Positions 50,080 through 61,400 of a stretch of DNA of 64,000 nt are shown here, piece by piece (positions within the stretch are counted from its first letter, which is position 1; the number at the start of each line of letters is the position of its first letter). Source of the stretch: an uncultured bacterium (GTDB lineage Bacteria > JAGOEH01); NCBI GenBank assembly GCA_964632485.1, contig CAZWDO010000004.1, positions 186,001 to 250,000 of the forward strand, given 5' to 3'. The notes beneath the pieces are model-generated. The model did no database searches, was not told where the DNA came from, and was given only the letters and a program-made list of their open reading frames with translations. Both the position numbers and the translations under genes were made by a program.

Positions 50080-50333
50080 AATTACATGTTCTGATTCGCC
50101 GTTGTTTATTAGCAAGACAGCAATTTAGATTATCTAACACCTGAATTTTTAAACTTTTACTTAATTTCAAATAATTCTTTATCAGAGTGTTACCATCTTT
50201 ATTTTAGGCAGCTTGATAGCGTAAGAGTCCTGTTGTTGGATTCTTTTATAAAACGTTATATGAGAGATCAGGTGTGAGGAGTATTGATTCTCCTCATCTT
50301 GTAAATGTTAATTATTAAAATGGGAGATCGATT

Positions 50334-51185
50334 ATGCCGACTCTGTGCAGTAAAATAATTTCTATTCTGTTATTTTTAATGGTTTTACTCAATGTCGTGC
50401 GGGTACCACAAAACCAAGCGGAGACGGCCAACCATTGGCAATTGGTATGGAGTGATGAGTTCACGGGTACCCGGCTTGATACAAGCAAATGGAATGTGCT
50501 GATACGCGAATGCAGTAAGCATAATGAACTTCAATATTATGTTCCTGATGAAGTTTATGTTGAAAACGGGCTATTGCGTTTGCGCAGTCGGTTCCGAAAA
50601 TTCGGCTCTAAAGAATATACGAGTGGCAGATTAGATACAAGAGGAAAATTTGCTCCAGTCTACGGACGTTTCGAGATTCGGGCAAAATTACCCTCAGGAA
50701 AGGGCCTTTGGCCTGCCCACTGGCTCTATCCACAAAATCGAAATTGGCAGATGGAAATTGTAATGTCAGAAACTGTTGCCAACGGGAAAGAATACTTAAT
50801 CCCCGAAGAACGTCCCTGGTATAGTGAAATTGACATTATGGAATTTCTTGGCCATGAGCCGAGTATTCTTTATGGAACACTCCATTACTACACATTCGAT
50901 GGTCAAAAAAAAGCCAGTTCTGGAAAATGGAATGGCCCGGTTAATTATTCCCAGGATTTTCATAATTATACGCTCGAATGGGAACCTGATTCGATTCGCT
51001 GGTATATCGATGGTCAGCTTATTCACGCGACTACTGAAGGTATCCCTCATACCCCGCATTATCTGATATTAAACACAGCGATTGGGGGAAGTTGGCCTGG
51101 AGACCCGGATTCGACGACAATCTTCCCTCAATTCCACGACATTGACTATGTCCGGATTTATCATAAAAAACATATTTCTAAGTGA
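50334..51185 (+). CDS. Glycoside hydrolase family 16 (laminarinase-like)
   Basis: Signal peptide, LVWSDEF, YTSGRL, GLWPA, catalytic EIDIME and IDYVRIY. Confidence 0.92.
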   Translation: MPTLCSKIISILLFLMVLLNVVRVPQNQAETANHWQLVWSDEFTGTRLDTSKWNVLIRECSKHNELQYYVPDEVYVENGLLRLRSRFRKFGSKEYTSGRLDTRGKFAPVYGRFEIRAKLPSGKGLWPAHWLYPQNRNWQMEIVMSETVANGKEYLIPEERPWYSEIDIMEFLGHEPSILYGTLHYYTFDGQKKASSGKWNGPVNYSQDFHNYTLEWEPDSIRWYIDGQLIHATTEGIPHTPHYLILNTAIGGSWPGDPDSTTIFPQFHDIDYVRIYHKKHISK

Positions 51186-51190
51186 ATCTA

Positions 51191-51586
51191 ATGGAAATAA
51201 AAATAATATACTGTCTAATCAGCATTTTATTTTTAAGCTGTAATACGGATAAGTTCATGAACTATCAATATTCAGATGGTAATAACAATACTTATACAAT
51301 CACGTATGAAATGATTAACTATTATCCACTTGGCAGTGAATTGAGTTCGAGCGGAAACTACAATGGAGGGTGTCGCTTTAGCAAACCTTTATCTAAAACT
51401 GATTATCAGCAGATTCAAAAACTTTTTCAAAAAGCCATTAGTAATAAATCGATACATCTTAAAAGCCGAGTGATGATGTCTGGACTAGTCAAAATTGAAA
51501 AAGACGGACAAATTTATGTCTATATTTTACAACCCGGAAGTCAGGAAAAAATTGCAATTGAGGAGTATTTGGCTCTCTTACATTGA
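51191..51586 (+). CDS. Hypothetical lipoprotein
   Basis: Lipobox LFLS-C after a short signal sequence. Confidence 0.65.
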   Translation: MEIKIIYCLISILFLSCNTDKFMNYQYSDGNNNTYTITYEMINYYPLGSELSSSGNYNGGCRFSKPLSKTDYQQIQKLFQKAISNKSIHLKSRVMMSGLVKIEKDGQIYVYILQPGSQEKIAIEEYLALLH

Positions 51587-51655
51587 AAATTGTTACGCTT
51601 TTAACTGGAATAGGCAGTGGATATTTTTCAATTCTCATTCAAAAAGGAGTATCTA

Positions 51656-51940
51656 ATGATCATTTTTACTGAAAAAAGTATTCATAAGTGGGTTTTCTGG
51701 AGGAAAAAGGGGAAATTTGTATTTTGCCTTTCTTCGGGGTTTCTGTTCAGCATTTTCTATTCTATAGCTATACTTACAACAAAGTGGGCGCTTGGCAGGG
51801 AAGATTTTATATACAGCGCTCTTCAAAATGCGTTCTTTATGTTTTTCCCCATGAGTTTTCTGAGTATAGCTCTATGGTATGAGAATGAACGTCGGTATAA
51901 AAAATATCTGGGAAAAAAAAGTATGGACACAGAAGCTTGA
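51656..51940 (+). CDS. Small two-TM hypothetical protein
   Basis: AAGGAG RBS, W..WRKKGK, two hydrophobic helices and WYENERRY. Confidence 0.7.
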   Translation: MIIFTEKSIHKWVFWRKKGKFVFCLSSGFLFSIFYSIAILTTKWALGREDFIYSALQNAFFMFFPMSFLSIALWYENERRYKKYLGKKSMDTEA

Positions 51941-52130
51941 TCAACGGCTCATCATTCAAGTTGCAGGAACTTTAAATAAAAATTAGCAATGACATTAAGT
52001 GGGGTTAATAAAGTTACATTCTAATGCGCGATTTTTAACTTATTGCCTTTCACAAAGCTTATTTCTGAAAATTTAAGTGAAAATTGGGAATGAGAAAAGG
52101 ATCTGGACACTTAATACTATCTTGCTGGGG

Positions 52131-52178
52131 ATGAACATGCTAAAAACTGGAATAATTGGCGCTAGCGGTCCAAACTGA
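52131..52178 (+). pseudogene. 15-codon remnant of a Rossmann-fold dehydrogenase N-terminus (ArgC/Asd-like)
   Basis: MNMLKTGIIGASGPN-stop preceded by GGGG. Confidence 0.35.
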
Positions 52179-52320
52179 TTTGCTGTTGCATTTCCGGCTA
52201 TCGTTTATTGCATCACTTTGAAAGAAATAGAAATTGAAGTGAATTATTGTATCAGCTTTTTTATCCCTATTTCTAACTCGAATTATGAATAGTAAAATTG
52301 TTGCAAAAAGAGAGGTTTAA

Positions 52321-54642
52321 ATGAAAAAATACTTAAGCATCATTCTGGCGGTACTAGTCTTAAATACCTACGCTCAGACTTATTCCTTGACTTCGCGGCT
52401 TTACGATGATTCTCAACCGGGGGTGGTCACGATTACCATGGAGCCGGACGCGTATCAATGGATGTTTGAAAATCCTCAAAGCGATTCCCTTCATCGTTGT
52501 ACATTTCATTTTACCAATGCGCTGATTGATTCAACAGTTGAAAATGTTGGTATTAGAATCCGAGGCAACACTTCGCGGGAGGCGAATAAAAAGTCATTAA
52601 AAATATCATTTAATGATTTTGAGCCCGGGCGCGAATTTTATGATGTTGATAAAATGAATCTTAATGGAGAACATAATGATCCTTCGATATCAAGAGCCAA
52701 ACTTTGCTGGGATATTTTTAACAGCGCCGGAATAAAAGCAAGTAAGGCCGCTCATTGCTACATTTATATTAACGGCGTTTATCATGGAGTCTATGTTTCT
52801 GTTGAACATATTGACGATGAGTTCCTTAAGAAAAATTTTAACGATGATTCAGGCAACTTGTGGAAATGCCTCTATCCCGCCGATCTTGTCTATAAAGGCT
52901 CCGCGGCGTCAAACTATTATTTCAGCGATGGATTTCCCGCCTATGAACTCACTACAAATGAAGAAACTAATGACTATACACAACTTGCCCGTTTTATAAA
53001 TCTGATTAATAACACCCCATCCGGAAATTTTCAGGATTCGCTTGAAACTATTTTTAACTATGCAGGTTTTCTTGAGTATCAGGCCATCAATTTTCTTACG
53101 GGAAGCTGGGATGATTACTGGTGTCTGATGAACAACTATTATCTCTACTATGAGCCTTCTGAAGGAAAATTTACCTGGATTCCTTATGATTATGATAATA
53201 GTTTTGGAATCGATTGGTTTAGTGTTGACTGGGCATCCACAAATCCCTACAGCATTCCTCAGGTCAGCGGAGGCAGTCGTCCGCTGACGGAAAAGATGCT
53301 GAATATCAATCAGTATCGTGATCTATATACTCATTTTATTCAATTCTACCGAAACAATATAATTAATCCAACAATGTTAAATCTTAGAATTGACTCTCTT
53401 AAAAATCTTATATCCAATGGCGCTTTTGACGATACATATAGAACTCTGGATTATGGATTTTCTTATAATGATTTTTTAAATTCTTTTACTACATTGCATA
53501 ATCAGCATGTTAAATATGGCTTAAAGGATTTCGTCCAGACTAAACATAATTTTACCGGGAGTCAGCTTTCTTATCAGGGAGCAGATCCCATAATCTATAA
53601 AACATCGTTTTCAACGTTTAAACCTGATGCCGGTAGTGAAGTTAGCATTAACGCCGCGGCTTTCGACAGTGATGGTATTGATTCAGTGATTCTTCAAATA
53701 TTTGATACGACTAAATTCCTTATTTCAGAGGTCCCTATGATGTTTTTTCCTGTTTCGGGGACAACTATCGCTGAGGAAGCCGACAACTGGACTGGTAGAT
53801 ACTCAATTTCTGAATGGAATACAACAGTATATGCTAAAATCCGCGTTAAGGATAGTAAGGGTATTTCTTCTATTTATCCACGCGCGTCCTATTATGAAAT
53901 AAAAACTCCGGCGCATAGTGTTCCTGATATCGTGGTAAATGAATTTCTTGCTGATAATGCTGGTGTAACGCCCGATCCTGCAGGCGAAAATGACGACTGG
54001 GTCGAGCTTTATAATAATACAGGGTCCCCGATTCTCCTTACGGGATTCTATATGACCGATGATATGACCAACCCCACCAAGTGGCGCATGACAGATGAAA
54101 ACGTTATAATTCCCGCTAAAGGTTTTCTGGTGGTGTGGTGCGATGATGATGCCGGCCAGGATGGAGTGCACGCCAGTTTTAAACTTTCAAAAGGCGGTGA
54201 ATTTATTGGAATCGTTGCGGCGGATGGCGTTACTTTTGTAGACTCTCTATCGTTCGGTGAACAATCGACTGATGTGTCTATGGGACGATTCCCGGATGGT
54301 TCATCGGAATGGATGTTCCTCTCCCCTACTCCTGGTGGGGCGAATCAGGCTGTTTCCATTCATGAAAACCTGTTTACTGAAAAATTTGACATAAAGGCTT
54401 ATCCCAATCCATTTAAGCAGACAGTAAAAATCAGTTTTACGCTTAAGGCAAAATTGGATGTTTCGGTTGAGGTATTCAGTATTCTGGGTTGCTCTGTTTA
54501 CAGTACAACAATGGAAGCGCTGGAGCCCGGGGAGCATAGCCTCTTTTGGAACGCAGGCAGTATCTCCTCTTCCGGAATCTATTTTTGCCGGATTAACGCT
54601 GGAAACTATAACGCTGTATTAAAGTTTATGCTATTAAAATAA
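52321..54642 (+). CDS. CotH-family kinase + lamin-tail domain + T9SS/FlgD-Ig tail, exported
   Basis: GIRIRGNTSR, KKSLKISF, NNYYLY, WIPYDYDNSFG; LTD VVNEFLADN...DWVELYN; tail YPNPF...SGIYFCRI. Confidence 0.9.
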   Translation: MKKYLSIILAVLVLNTYAQTYSLTSRLYDDSQPGVVTITMEPDAYQWMFENPQSDSLHRCTFHFTNALIDSTVENVGIRIRGNTSREANKKSLKISFNDFEPGREFYDVDKMNLNGEHNDPSISRAKLCWDIFNSAGIKASKAAHCYIYINGVYHGVYVSVEHIDDEFLKKNFNDDSGNLWKCLYPADLVYKGSAASNYYFSDGFPAYELTTNEETNDYTQLARFINLINNTPSGNFQDSLETIFNYAGFLEYQAINFLTGSWDDYWCLMNNYYLYYEPSEGKFTWIPYDYDNSFGIDWFSVDWASTNPYSIPQVSGGSRPLTEKMLNINQYRDLYTHFIQFYRNNIINPTMLNLRIDSLKNLISNGAFDDTYRTLDYGFSYNDFLNSFTTLHNQHVKYGLKDFVQTKHNFTGSQLSYQGADPIIYKTSFSTFKPDAGSEVSINAAAFDSDGIDSVILQIFDTTKFLISEVPMMFFPVSGTTIAEEADNWTGRYSISEWNTTVYAKIRVKDSKGISSIYPRASYYEIKTPAHSVPDIVVNEFLADNAGVTPDPAGENDDWVELYNNTGSPILLTGFYMTDDMTNPTKWRMTDENVIIPAKGFLVVWCDDDAGQDGVHASFKLSKGGEFIGIVAADGVTFVDSLSFGEQSTDVSMGRFPDGSSEWMFLSPTPGGANQAVSIHENLFTEKFDIKAYPNPFKQTVKISFTLKAKLDVSVEVFSILGCSVYSTTMEALEPGEHSLFWNAGSISSSGIYFCRINAGNYNAVLKFMLLK

Positions 54643-54764
54643 ATTCATTACCAGGGAAGAGTCCTCGCTGGACTTTCTGGCTGCTTGGCAATTAATAATT
54701 TGAGCGTGTTCATTAGAAATATTTAGGCAAAAATAGTATCTGAGAAAAACTTAGGGAGAGCAAT

Positions 54765-57638
54765 ATGGCTACCGACCGCACTAAAATTAAACCAATTTAC
54801 TTGATAATTGGATTCCTGTTGTTTTCTAACCTTTCATCACTTTATGGCGCATATCTGCAGAATAATCCGGTTACTATTTTTCAACCAGACGGTGAAAGAA
54901 TTAACTGTTATGAATCAGGAGATGAGTTTTACAATTTTTTGCACGATCAGTCGGGATATGTAATAATAAAAAACCCTGAAACTGGTTATTTTTATTATGC
55001 GGAAAACAACAGCGCCGGCGATTTGGTTCCGACAAACTATTTAATTAATAAGATTGATCCCCGGCAAGTGGGACTGGAAAAATGGATTATGATTTCCAAG
55101 GAAAGATATGTTAAGTCTAAAGAGGAGTACATAAAAATTTTTAATAATCAAGAAAAAATCAAAATCAAAGCTCCCATATCAGGTATGATTAATAGTATTT
55201 GTATATTGATAAAATTCTCTGATCAGACTGAATTTATTTCTCCACGATCATTTTATGATGAACGGTTTAACGCAATGAGCGGAGTACAATCGTTAAAAAG
55301 CTACTATGATGAAGTTTCCTATGGAAATTTGGAAGTAAATACGACAATTTATCCTCAATGCGCCTCAACTATAAACCTATCATATAGTTCCCCGCATCCG
55401 CGAATGTATTTCAGTCCGTATAATTCGGCAAGCAATCGTCTGGGCTATAGAAATTTACGAGAGGCAAGGTTAAGAGAACACTCATTGCTTAAAGATGCTA
55501 TCGAGAGCATATCATCCCAAATTCCTGCAAATTTAGTGTTAGATATGAATGGAGATGGTTATAACGATAATCTGTGTATAATACTCAGGGGTGAGAATGG
55601 CGCTTGGGCGGACGTCGGATTATGGGCTCACAGTGGGGTTTTAGATACGTATGAAATTAGCGTAAATGGCGCTAGGTTCTATAATTATGCCATCCAACCG
55701 GAAACTCAGAATAATGTTTATACTTTATGCCATGAAATGTTTCATGTTTTAGGAGCCCCTGATCTTTATACATATTTCAATTACGACAACCCGGTTGGCA
55801 GTTGGGATATTATGGCATCATCCTTTGTTCACATGGGCTCTCATATGAAATACAAATATAGTAATGGCTTATGGATTAGCCAGGAGACGGAAATCACTCA
55901 ATCCGGAACCTATACATTAAATCCCTTAACATCTTCAAGCAATAACTGTTATAAAATAAAATCTCCATATTCCGATGATGAGTATTTTATTCTGGAATAT
56001 CGCTTAAAATCCGGAATGTACGAACTAAATGTTCCCAACAGTGGATTGATTATTTATAGAATTAATAAAACAGTGTTTGGCAATAATTATGGTCCGCCAT
56101 ACGAAGAATATATATACCGTCAACATGGCAGCCCCTTATCCCAGGGGAATATTAATAATGCCAATTTCGGGCCAACTTCGGGTAGAACAGAGTTTAATGA
56201 TTTTACAACGAATCCTTATTGCTTTTTGGAAGATGGTTCAGCCGGGGGGATTTATATTACCAATATAACTGAACCCGGAGCAACAATTTCTTTTGATGTT
56301 GTGATTATAAACTGCAAAATAAGTTCACCAGCAAATAATGAAATTATAACTATCAATTCCGATGTCAATATTGAAGTAACTCCATCCGATAGCAGTAGTG
56401 TTAGTCAAATTGAGTTTTATATTGATAATAATTATATATATACTGATAGTACTTTTCCGTTTTCTTATCTGTGGAATACATCGGCCGGGTTTAACTCTGG
56501 AATCCACTATATCAAAGTAAAAGCTATTGGTTCAAACAATGTGAATAAAGAGGATCAAATTCAAATAGTATTAACGAACGGAGAACCAATATTAACTCTA
56601 ACGTTTCCAGAAAATAATAGTATGGTTAATGCCGGATCGGAAATAATGATTTCGGCTGAACTCATAGATCCATTGCAAACAATTTCGCGGGTTAGTTTTT
56701 ATGTTAATAACGAATTAATTGAGTCAGACCTTCAAACCCCATATCAATGCCTTTGGCATACAATAGGATGCATGCCCGGGATTTATAATATCCAAGCAAT
56801 TGCAATGGATAATGATAACATTGTAAAAATAGATGAAATTAAAGTATCGATTATACATGAGTTGCTTTTTGAAGATTTTGAAGGAAGCTGGCCCCCGGCG
56901 GGATGGAGTGTCAATTCATCTGCCTATGGTTGGTATCAAAGTGATAAATTTCCCTACTCCGGTGAAAAATCGGCGGCAACCAGAAATTATCATGCTGCGG
57001 GTGAAGCGGTTTTAACAACTCCTCAGATTAGCATTCCAAATTCAGGAGCCCAACTTGATTATTACTGGATTGATCGGAGTTTGGATGTGACTTTAAAAAA
57101 AGCAATGATTGCAGGCCATGATTCCACATTTTGTGAAATATCGATAGATCAGGCAAACTGGGAGAAACTTTCTGTGTTATCAGCCCCGGATGCCCAGATT
57201 GAGTATTCACATGTGGTAGTTGATCTGAATGCGTATGCGGGGCAACAGGTTTATATACGATGGCGGGATATTTCCGATGAATCCTTATATACTCAGGGGA
57301 GTTCGCTGGATAAAATCAGAGTGGCAGCAGTAATGACTGGAATTGATGAAGAGAAAGGTGAAACAGCGCTGCCAAAAATAATAACTCTTTATCAAAATTT
57401 TCCGAATCCATTTAATTTTACAACGACGATTCGATATTTTTTGCCAGTTGGACAATATGTGAAAATAAGGGTATTTGATATTATAGGTACTGAAGTTGCT
57501 GTAATAATCAATAAAAACCTCACAGCCGGATTGCATCAAGTTGTATTTAATGGAAGTAAACTTGCTGTGGGGCAATATTTTTATAAAATTGAGGGAGAGG
57601 GATTCTCCGGCGTTCGAAAAATGATATTGATTAAGTAG
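54765..57638 (+). CDS. M6 (immune inhibitor A-like) metalloprotease with Ig-like repeats, adhesin-like domain and T9SS/FlgD-Ig tail
   Basis: QPDG...GDEF propeptide, HEMFHVLGAPDLY, WDIMA, EYFILEYR, two Big_7-like repeats, FEDFEGSWPPAGW and LYQNFPNPFN tail. Confidence 0.9.
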   Translation: MATDRTKIKPIYLIIGFLLFSNLSSLYGAYLQNNPVTIFQPDGERINCYESGDEFYNFLHDQSGYVIIKNPETGYFYYAENNSAGDLVPTNYLINKIDPRQVGLEKWIMISKERYVKSKEEYIKIFNNQEKIKIKAPISGMINSICILIKFSDQTEFISPRSFYDERFNAMSGVQSLKSYYDEVSYGNLEVNTTIYPQCASTINLSYSSPHPRMYFSPYNSASNRLGYRNLREARLREHSLLKDAIESISSQIPANLVLDMNGDGYNDNLCIILRGENGAWADVGLWAHSGVLDTYEISVNGARFYNYAIQPETQNNVYTLCHEMFHVLGAPDLYTYFNYDNPVGSWDIMASSFVHMGSHMKYKYSNGLWISQETEITQSGTYTLNPLTSSSNNCYKIKSPYSDDEYFILEYRLKSGMYELNVPNSGLIIYRINKTVFGNNYGPPYEEYIYRQHGSPLSQGNINNANFGPTSGRTEFNDFTTNPYCFLEDGSAGGIYITNITEPGATISFDVVIINCKISSPANNEIITINSDVNIEVTPSDSSSVSQIEFYIDNNYIYTDSTFPFSYLWNTSAGFNSGIHYIKVKAIGSNNVNKEDQIQIVLTNGEPILTLTFPENNSMVNAGSEIMISAELIDPLQTISRVSFYVNNELIESDLQTPYQCLWHTIGCMPGIYNIQAIAMDNDNIVKIDEIKVSIIHELLFEDFEGSWPPAGWSVNSSAYGWYQSDKFPYSGEKSAATRNYHAAGEAVLTTPQISIPNSGAQLDYYWIDRSLDVTLKKAMIAGHDSTFCEISIDQANWEKLSVLSAPDAQIEYSHVVVDLNAYAGQQVYIRWRDISDESLYTQGSSLDKIRVAAVMTGIDEEKGETALPKIITLYQNFPNPFNFTTTIRYFLPVGQYVKIRVFDIIGTEVAVIINKNLTAGLHQVVFNGSKLAVGQYFYKIEGEGFSGVRKMILIK

Positions 57639-57739
57639 ATGAAAGCGCAATTTTTTTGGCGGGTTTCCGATCCCGTCACTTCGTTTTGAAGGTGTTGCGT
57701 TATGAAAATGATAAAATATCCGGCAAAGGAGGAAATAAA

Positions 57740-58255
57740 ATGAAATTTCAAATCAGACAGGCGAAATCAAAATATATCTTCATTTTGTTTATTTTTTTTG
57801 TTTTCAATTGTTTTCAAAATTATATCTATGCTCAAGTTTCAAGAGCAGTGGTGGATGAAGAATTAAAATCCGTTGAAAAAACGATTAATGATGTTTTTGG
57901 CTGGGCTGTGAATAAGGATTTTGAATTGTTTTTCAACACAATTTCAGACGATTCCTGTTTTGTCAGCGTAACACCTTATAAGAGAGTTAAGTTTGGCGTG
58001 CAAGCTGTGAAAAATGACACAGCATTTTGGGCAAGTGATAGTTTTAAAGCCATCCGACATGAGCTGTATGATTTGAAAATTAATTTTTCTTCAGATCGAA
58101 ACGTGGCATGGTTCTATTGTATGGTGGATGATATTAACACATGGAACGGTGAGCCGGCGAATTGGGAACAAGTAAGGTGGACAGGTGTCCTGGAAAAAAG
58201 AAACGGGACATGGCGAGTAGTCCAGCAGCATTTTTCCTGGCCAAAAGAAAATTAG
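57740..58255 (+). CDS. Exported SnoaL/NTF2-like protein
   Basis: Signal peptide, VAWFY and RWTGVLEKRNGTWRVVQQHFS. ATG 57740 follows AGGAGG. Confidence 0.85.
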   Translation: MKFQIRQAKSKYIFILFIFFVFNCFQNYIYAQVSRAVVDEELKSVEKTINDVFGWAVNKDFELFFNTISDDSCFVSVTPYKRVKFGVQAVKNDTAFWASDSFKAIRHELYDLKINFSSDRNVAWFYCMVDDINTWNGEPANWEQVRWTGVLEKRNGTWRVVQQHFSWPKEN

Positions 58256-58492
58256 ATGATCATTGAAAATGGAGTTTTGATAAAACAATACTGAATCCGT
58301 ATTTTGCTCTTTTAAAATTAAACTTGCAAAGTGAGAGAAACGGTGTATATTATGATTAATATGCAAAAAGGAGCGTGATTCAATGCAAAAAAGGGTTGAG
58401 GGAGACATAACAGCCTCATGTAGGGTAGCTTATTTTGGGAGTTTGATTCTATGAAGTTTATAGGTAAACTGGAAAACGAAAGGGAAGGAGAA

Positions 58493-61400
58493 ATGCAAAA
58501 TATTGTTAATTACAGCAAGGTGTTACGTTGTTTATATTTATCAATTTTTTTGTTTGTCATTCTTGTCATTTTCCTTCAAATTCCGGTATTTTCCCAAACA
58601 CAAAATTCCGGTAAGAATCTGGATAAAATTACGATCAGTCTGAAATGGTATCATCAGTTTCAGTTTGCGGGGTACTATGCTGCAATTAGCCAGGGTTTTT
58701 ATGCCGAAGAGGGATTGGATGTGAGGTTGACGACGCCCGAAAAAGGAGCGCTTCCGGTAGAATCCGTGGTAAAGGGCATTTCTGAATATGGAATATCCTC
58801 CGCTGACCTGATTAAATCAAGAGTAGCTGGGATGCCGATTGTGGTAGTGGCTGTCATTTTTCAGCATTCTCCGATTATTCTTTTGTCCCGAAGTGATCGC
58901 AATCTTCGCTATTTGTCGGATTATGTCGGTAAAACAATCATGGCGAGCGATGATGATTTGCCTGAAATCAAGGCAATGTTTGTCAAGGAAGGAATTGATC
59001 CTGATTTCATCCATTTTATTCCCCATACTTGGACGATAGAGCCTTTGATTAGTGGAACGGCGGATGCTTCTGTCGATTATTTGACGAACGAGCCCAATCT
59101 GCTGCGCATCAGCGGTGTGGAACCCTATATTATCCAGCCCATTGATTATGGAATCGATTTCTATGGAGATGCAATTTTTACTACTGAACAGGAGATTAAA
59201 ACTAACCCCGATCGGGTTAATGCTGTTAAAATGGCCACGCTTAAAGGGTGGGAATATGCGCTTGAGCATATCGACGAAATGATTGAACAGATTTTAACTA
59301 TGCCGGGAGTCACTGAAAGAGGCGTAACCCGGGAACATTTGCGTTATGAAGCGGAGCAAATCATTAAGCTGGTTCAACCGAAATTGGTTGAACTTGGGCA
59401 TATAAATCCTGCAAGATGGGAACGAATGGGCAAGGCTTATGCTCAATTTGGTGGAATAAAAAAAGATTTTTCGCTGGATGGATTTATCTATAGTCCGCAG
59501 GAAGATCATTTCCGTTATCTGAAGCTGCTCTATGTTTCCTTTGGTTTAATTGGTTTCATCACGCTGATTGCCATTATGATTTTATTTTGGAATCGTCAAT
59601 TGAGAGCGGCTGTAAAACGGCGGACATTGGAGTTGAAAAACAATCAATCCTATCTTCAAAGTATATTTGATGCCTGCCCGGACGCTATTTTCATTCATGA
59701 TGCCGAAACAGGTGAGATACTGGATATTAATCAGTCGATGTGTAAAATGTTTAAATGCTCCCGGGATCAGGCGCTTGAATTGGATGTTGGAAAACTTAGC
59801 CAGGGGAAATGGCCCTACACTCAGCAAGCCGCGCTTGAATGGTTGAAAAAAGCGGGGAAAAACGGGTCACAATCGTTTCAATGGCTATCAAAACGTTTGG
59901 ATAGCACACTTTTTTGGTTGGAAGTCAATATCAATTTCTTCACACTAAGTGACGGGTCGAAACGTTTTCTTGTTCTGGCCCGGGATATTACGGAACGTAA
60001 GATTACTGAAGACACCTTATTTCAGGTCATTGAAAAAAATCCAATGTCAATTCAGATCGTCGATAAAAATGGATTTACATTGAAAGTCAATCCCTCTCAT
60101 ACATCGCTTTTTGGCGCTATTCCACCACTTTCCTATACGGTTTTTGATGATCAGCAGCTAAAAAATTTCGGGCATGATGGGTTAATGGGGTTGGCGCGAG
60201 AGGGAAATGCAGTGGTATTCCCAGATTTCACTTACAATGCGCATCATGTGAATCCGGATTTTCCTGATCAGCCGATATGGATAAAAATGATTGTGTTCCC
60301 ATTGATTGATATGAATGGCGAACCGTATCAATATGTTTTAATGCATGAAAATATAACGGAGCGGAAATTGGCCGAAAATGCGCTTCGCAATAGTGAGGAA
60401 AACCTCAGAACAACATTATCTTCCATCGGGGATGCAGTCATTGCCACGGATGCAAAAGGCGCGGTTGCCCGCATGAATCCGATAGCGGAACAATTGACCG
60501 GTTGGTTATTCACAGAAGCGAAGGGAAAAAATCTCAAGGACGTGTTCCATATTGTCAGCGCAGATACTCGTCAATTTTTAGAAGATCCATCGGAAAAAGT
60601 ATTGGCAACCGGGGAAATGGTTGGATTGGCCAATCATACGATGCTAATTTCTCGTAGCGGCCTTGAATATCAGATTGCGGATTCGGGGGCGCCGATTAGG
60701 GATGATAGCGGGAAAATAACGGGAGTTGTGCTGGTTTTCAGAGATGTTACCGAGGAATATGCCCTTCAGAAACAAATATGGCAAAGTCAGAAAATGGAGG
60801 CGATCGGTCAATTGGCGGGTGGAATCGCGCATGATTTCAACAATCTGCTTGGCGGGATATTTGGTTATATTGATTTGGCCTACTACGCCAATAAAGACGC
60901 CAAGGTAAAGGAATATCTTGAACAGACACGGAATACGTTAAATAGAGCCCGCGGTTTGACACATCATCTGTTGACTTTTTCAAAAGGGGGAACCCCTGTA
61001 AAAACCACTGATCATCTCTTCCCATTTGTCGAAGAGAATGCCCGGTTTGCTCTTAGCGGTTCAAATATCTTATGCCGGCTGGAAATATCGGATAACCTCC
61101 TTCCCTGTTCTTATGATAAAAATCTTTTAGGGCAGGTTATTGACAATATTGTAATTAATGCGAAACAAGCAATGCCAATGGGCGGTGATATTGTAATTTC
61201 CGCTAAAAATGTTTCCATATCCGAACGTAATTATTTAAACCTGCCTGAGGGTAGTTATGTAAAACTATCCATCAAGGATAGCGGTATCGGTATTCCAAAA
61301 GAATTACACTCTCGCATATTCGATCCATTCTTTACCACTAAATCTACCGGGCATGGGCTGGGGTTGGCAACCTGTTACTCAATAATAAAACAGCATAACG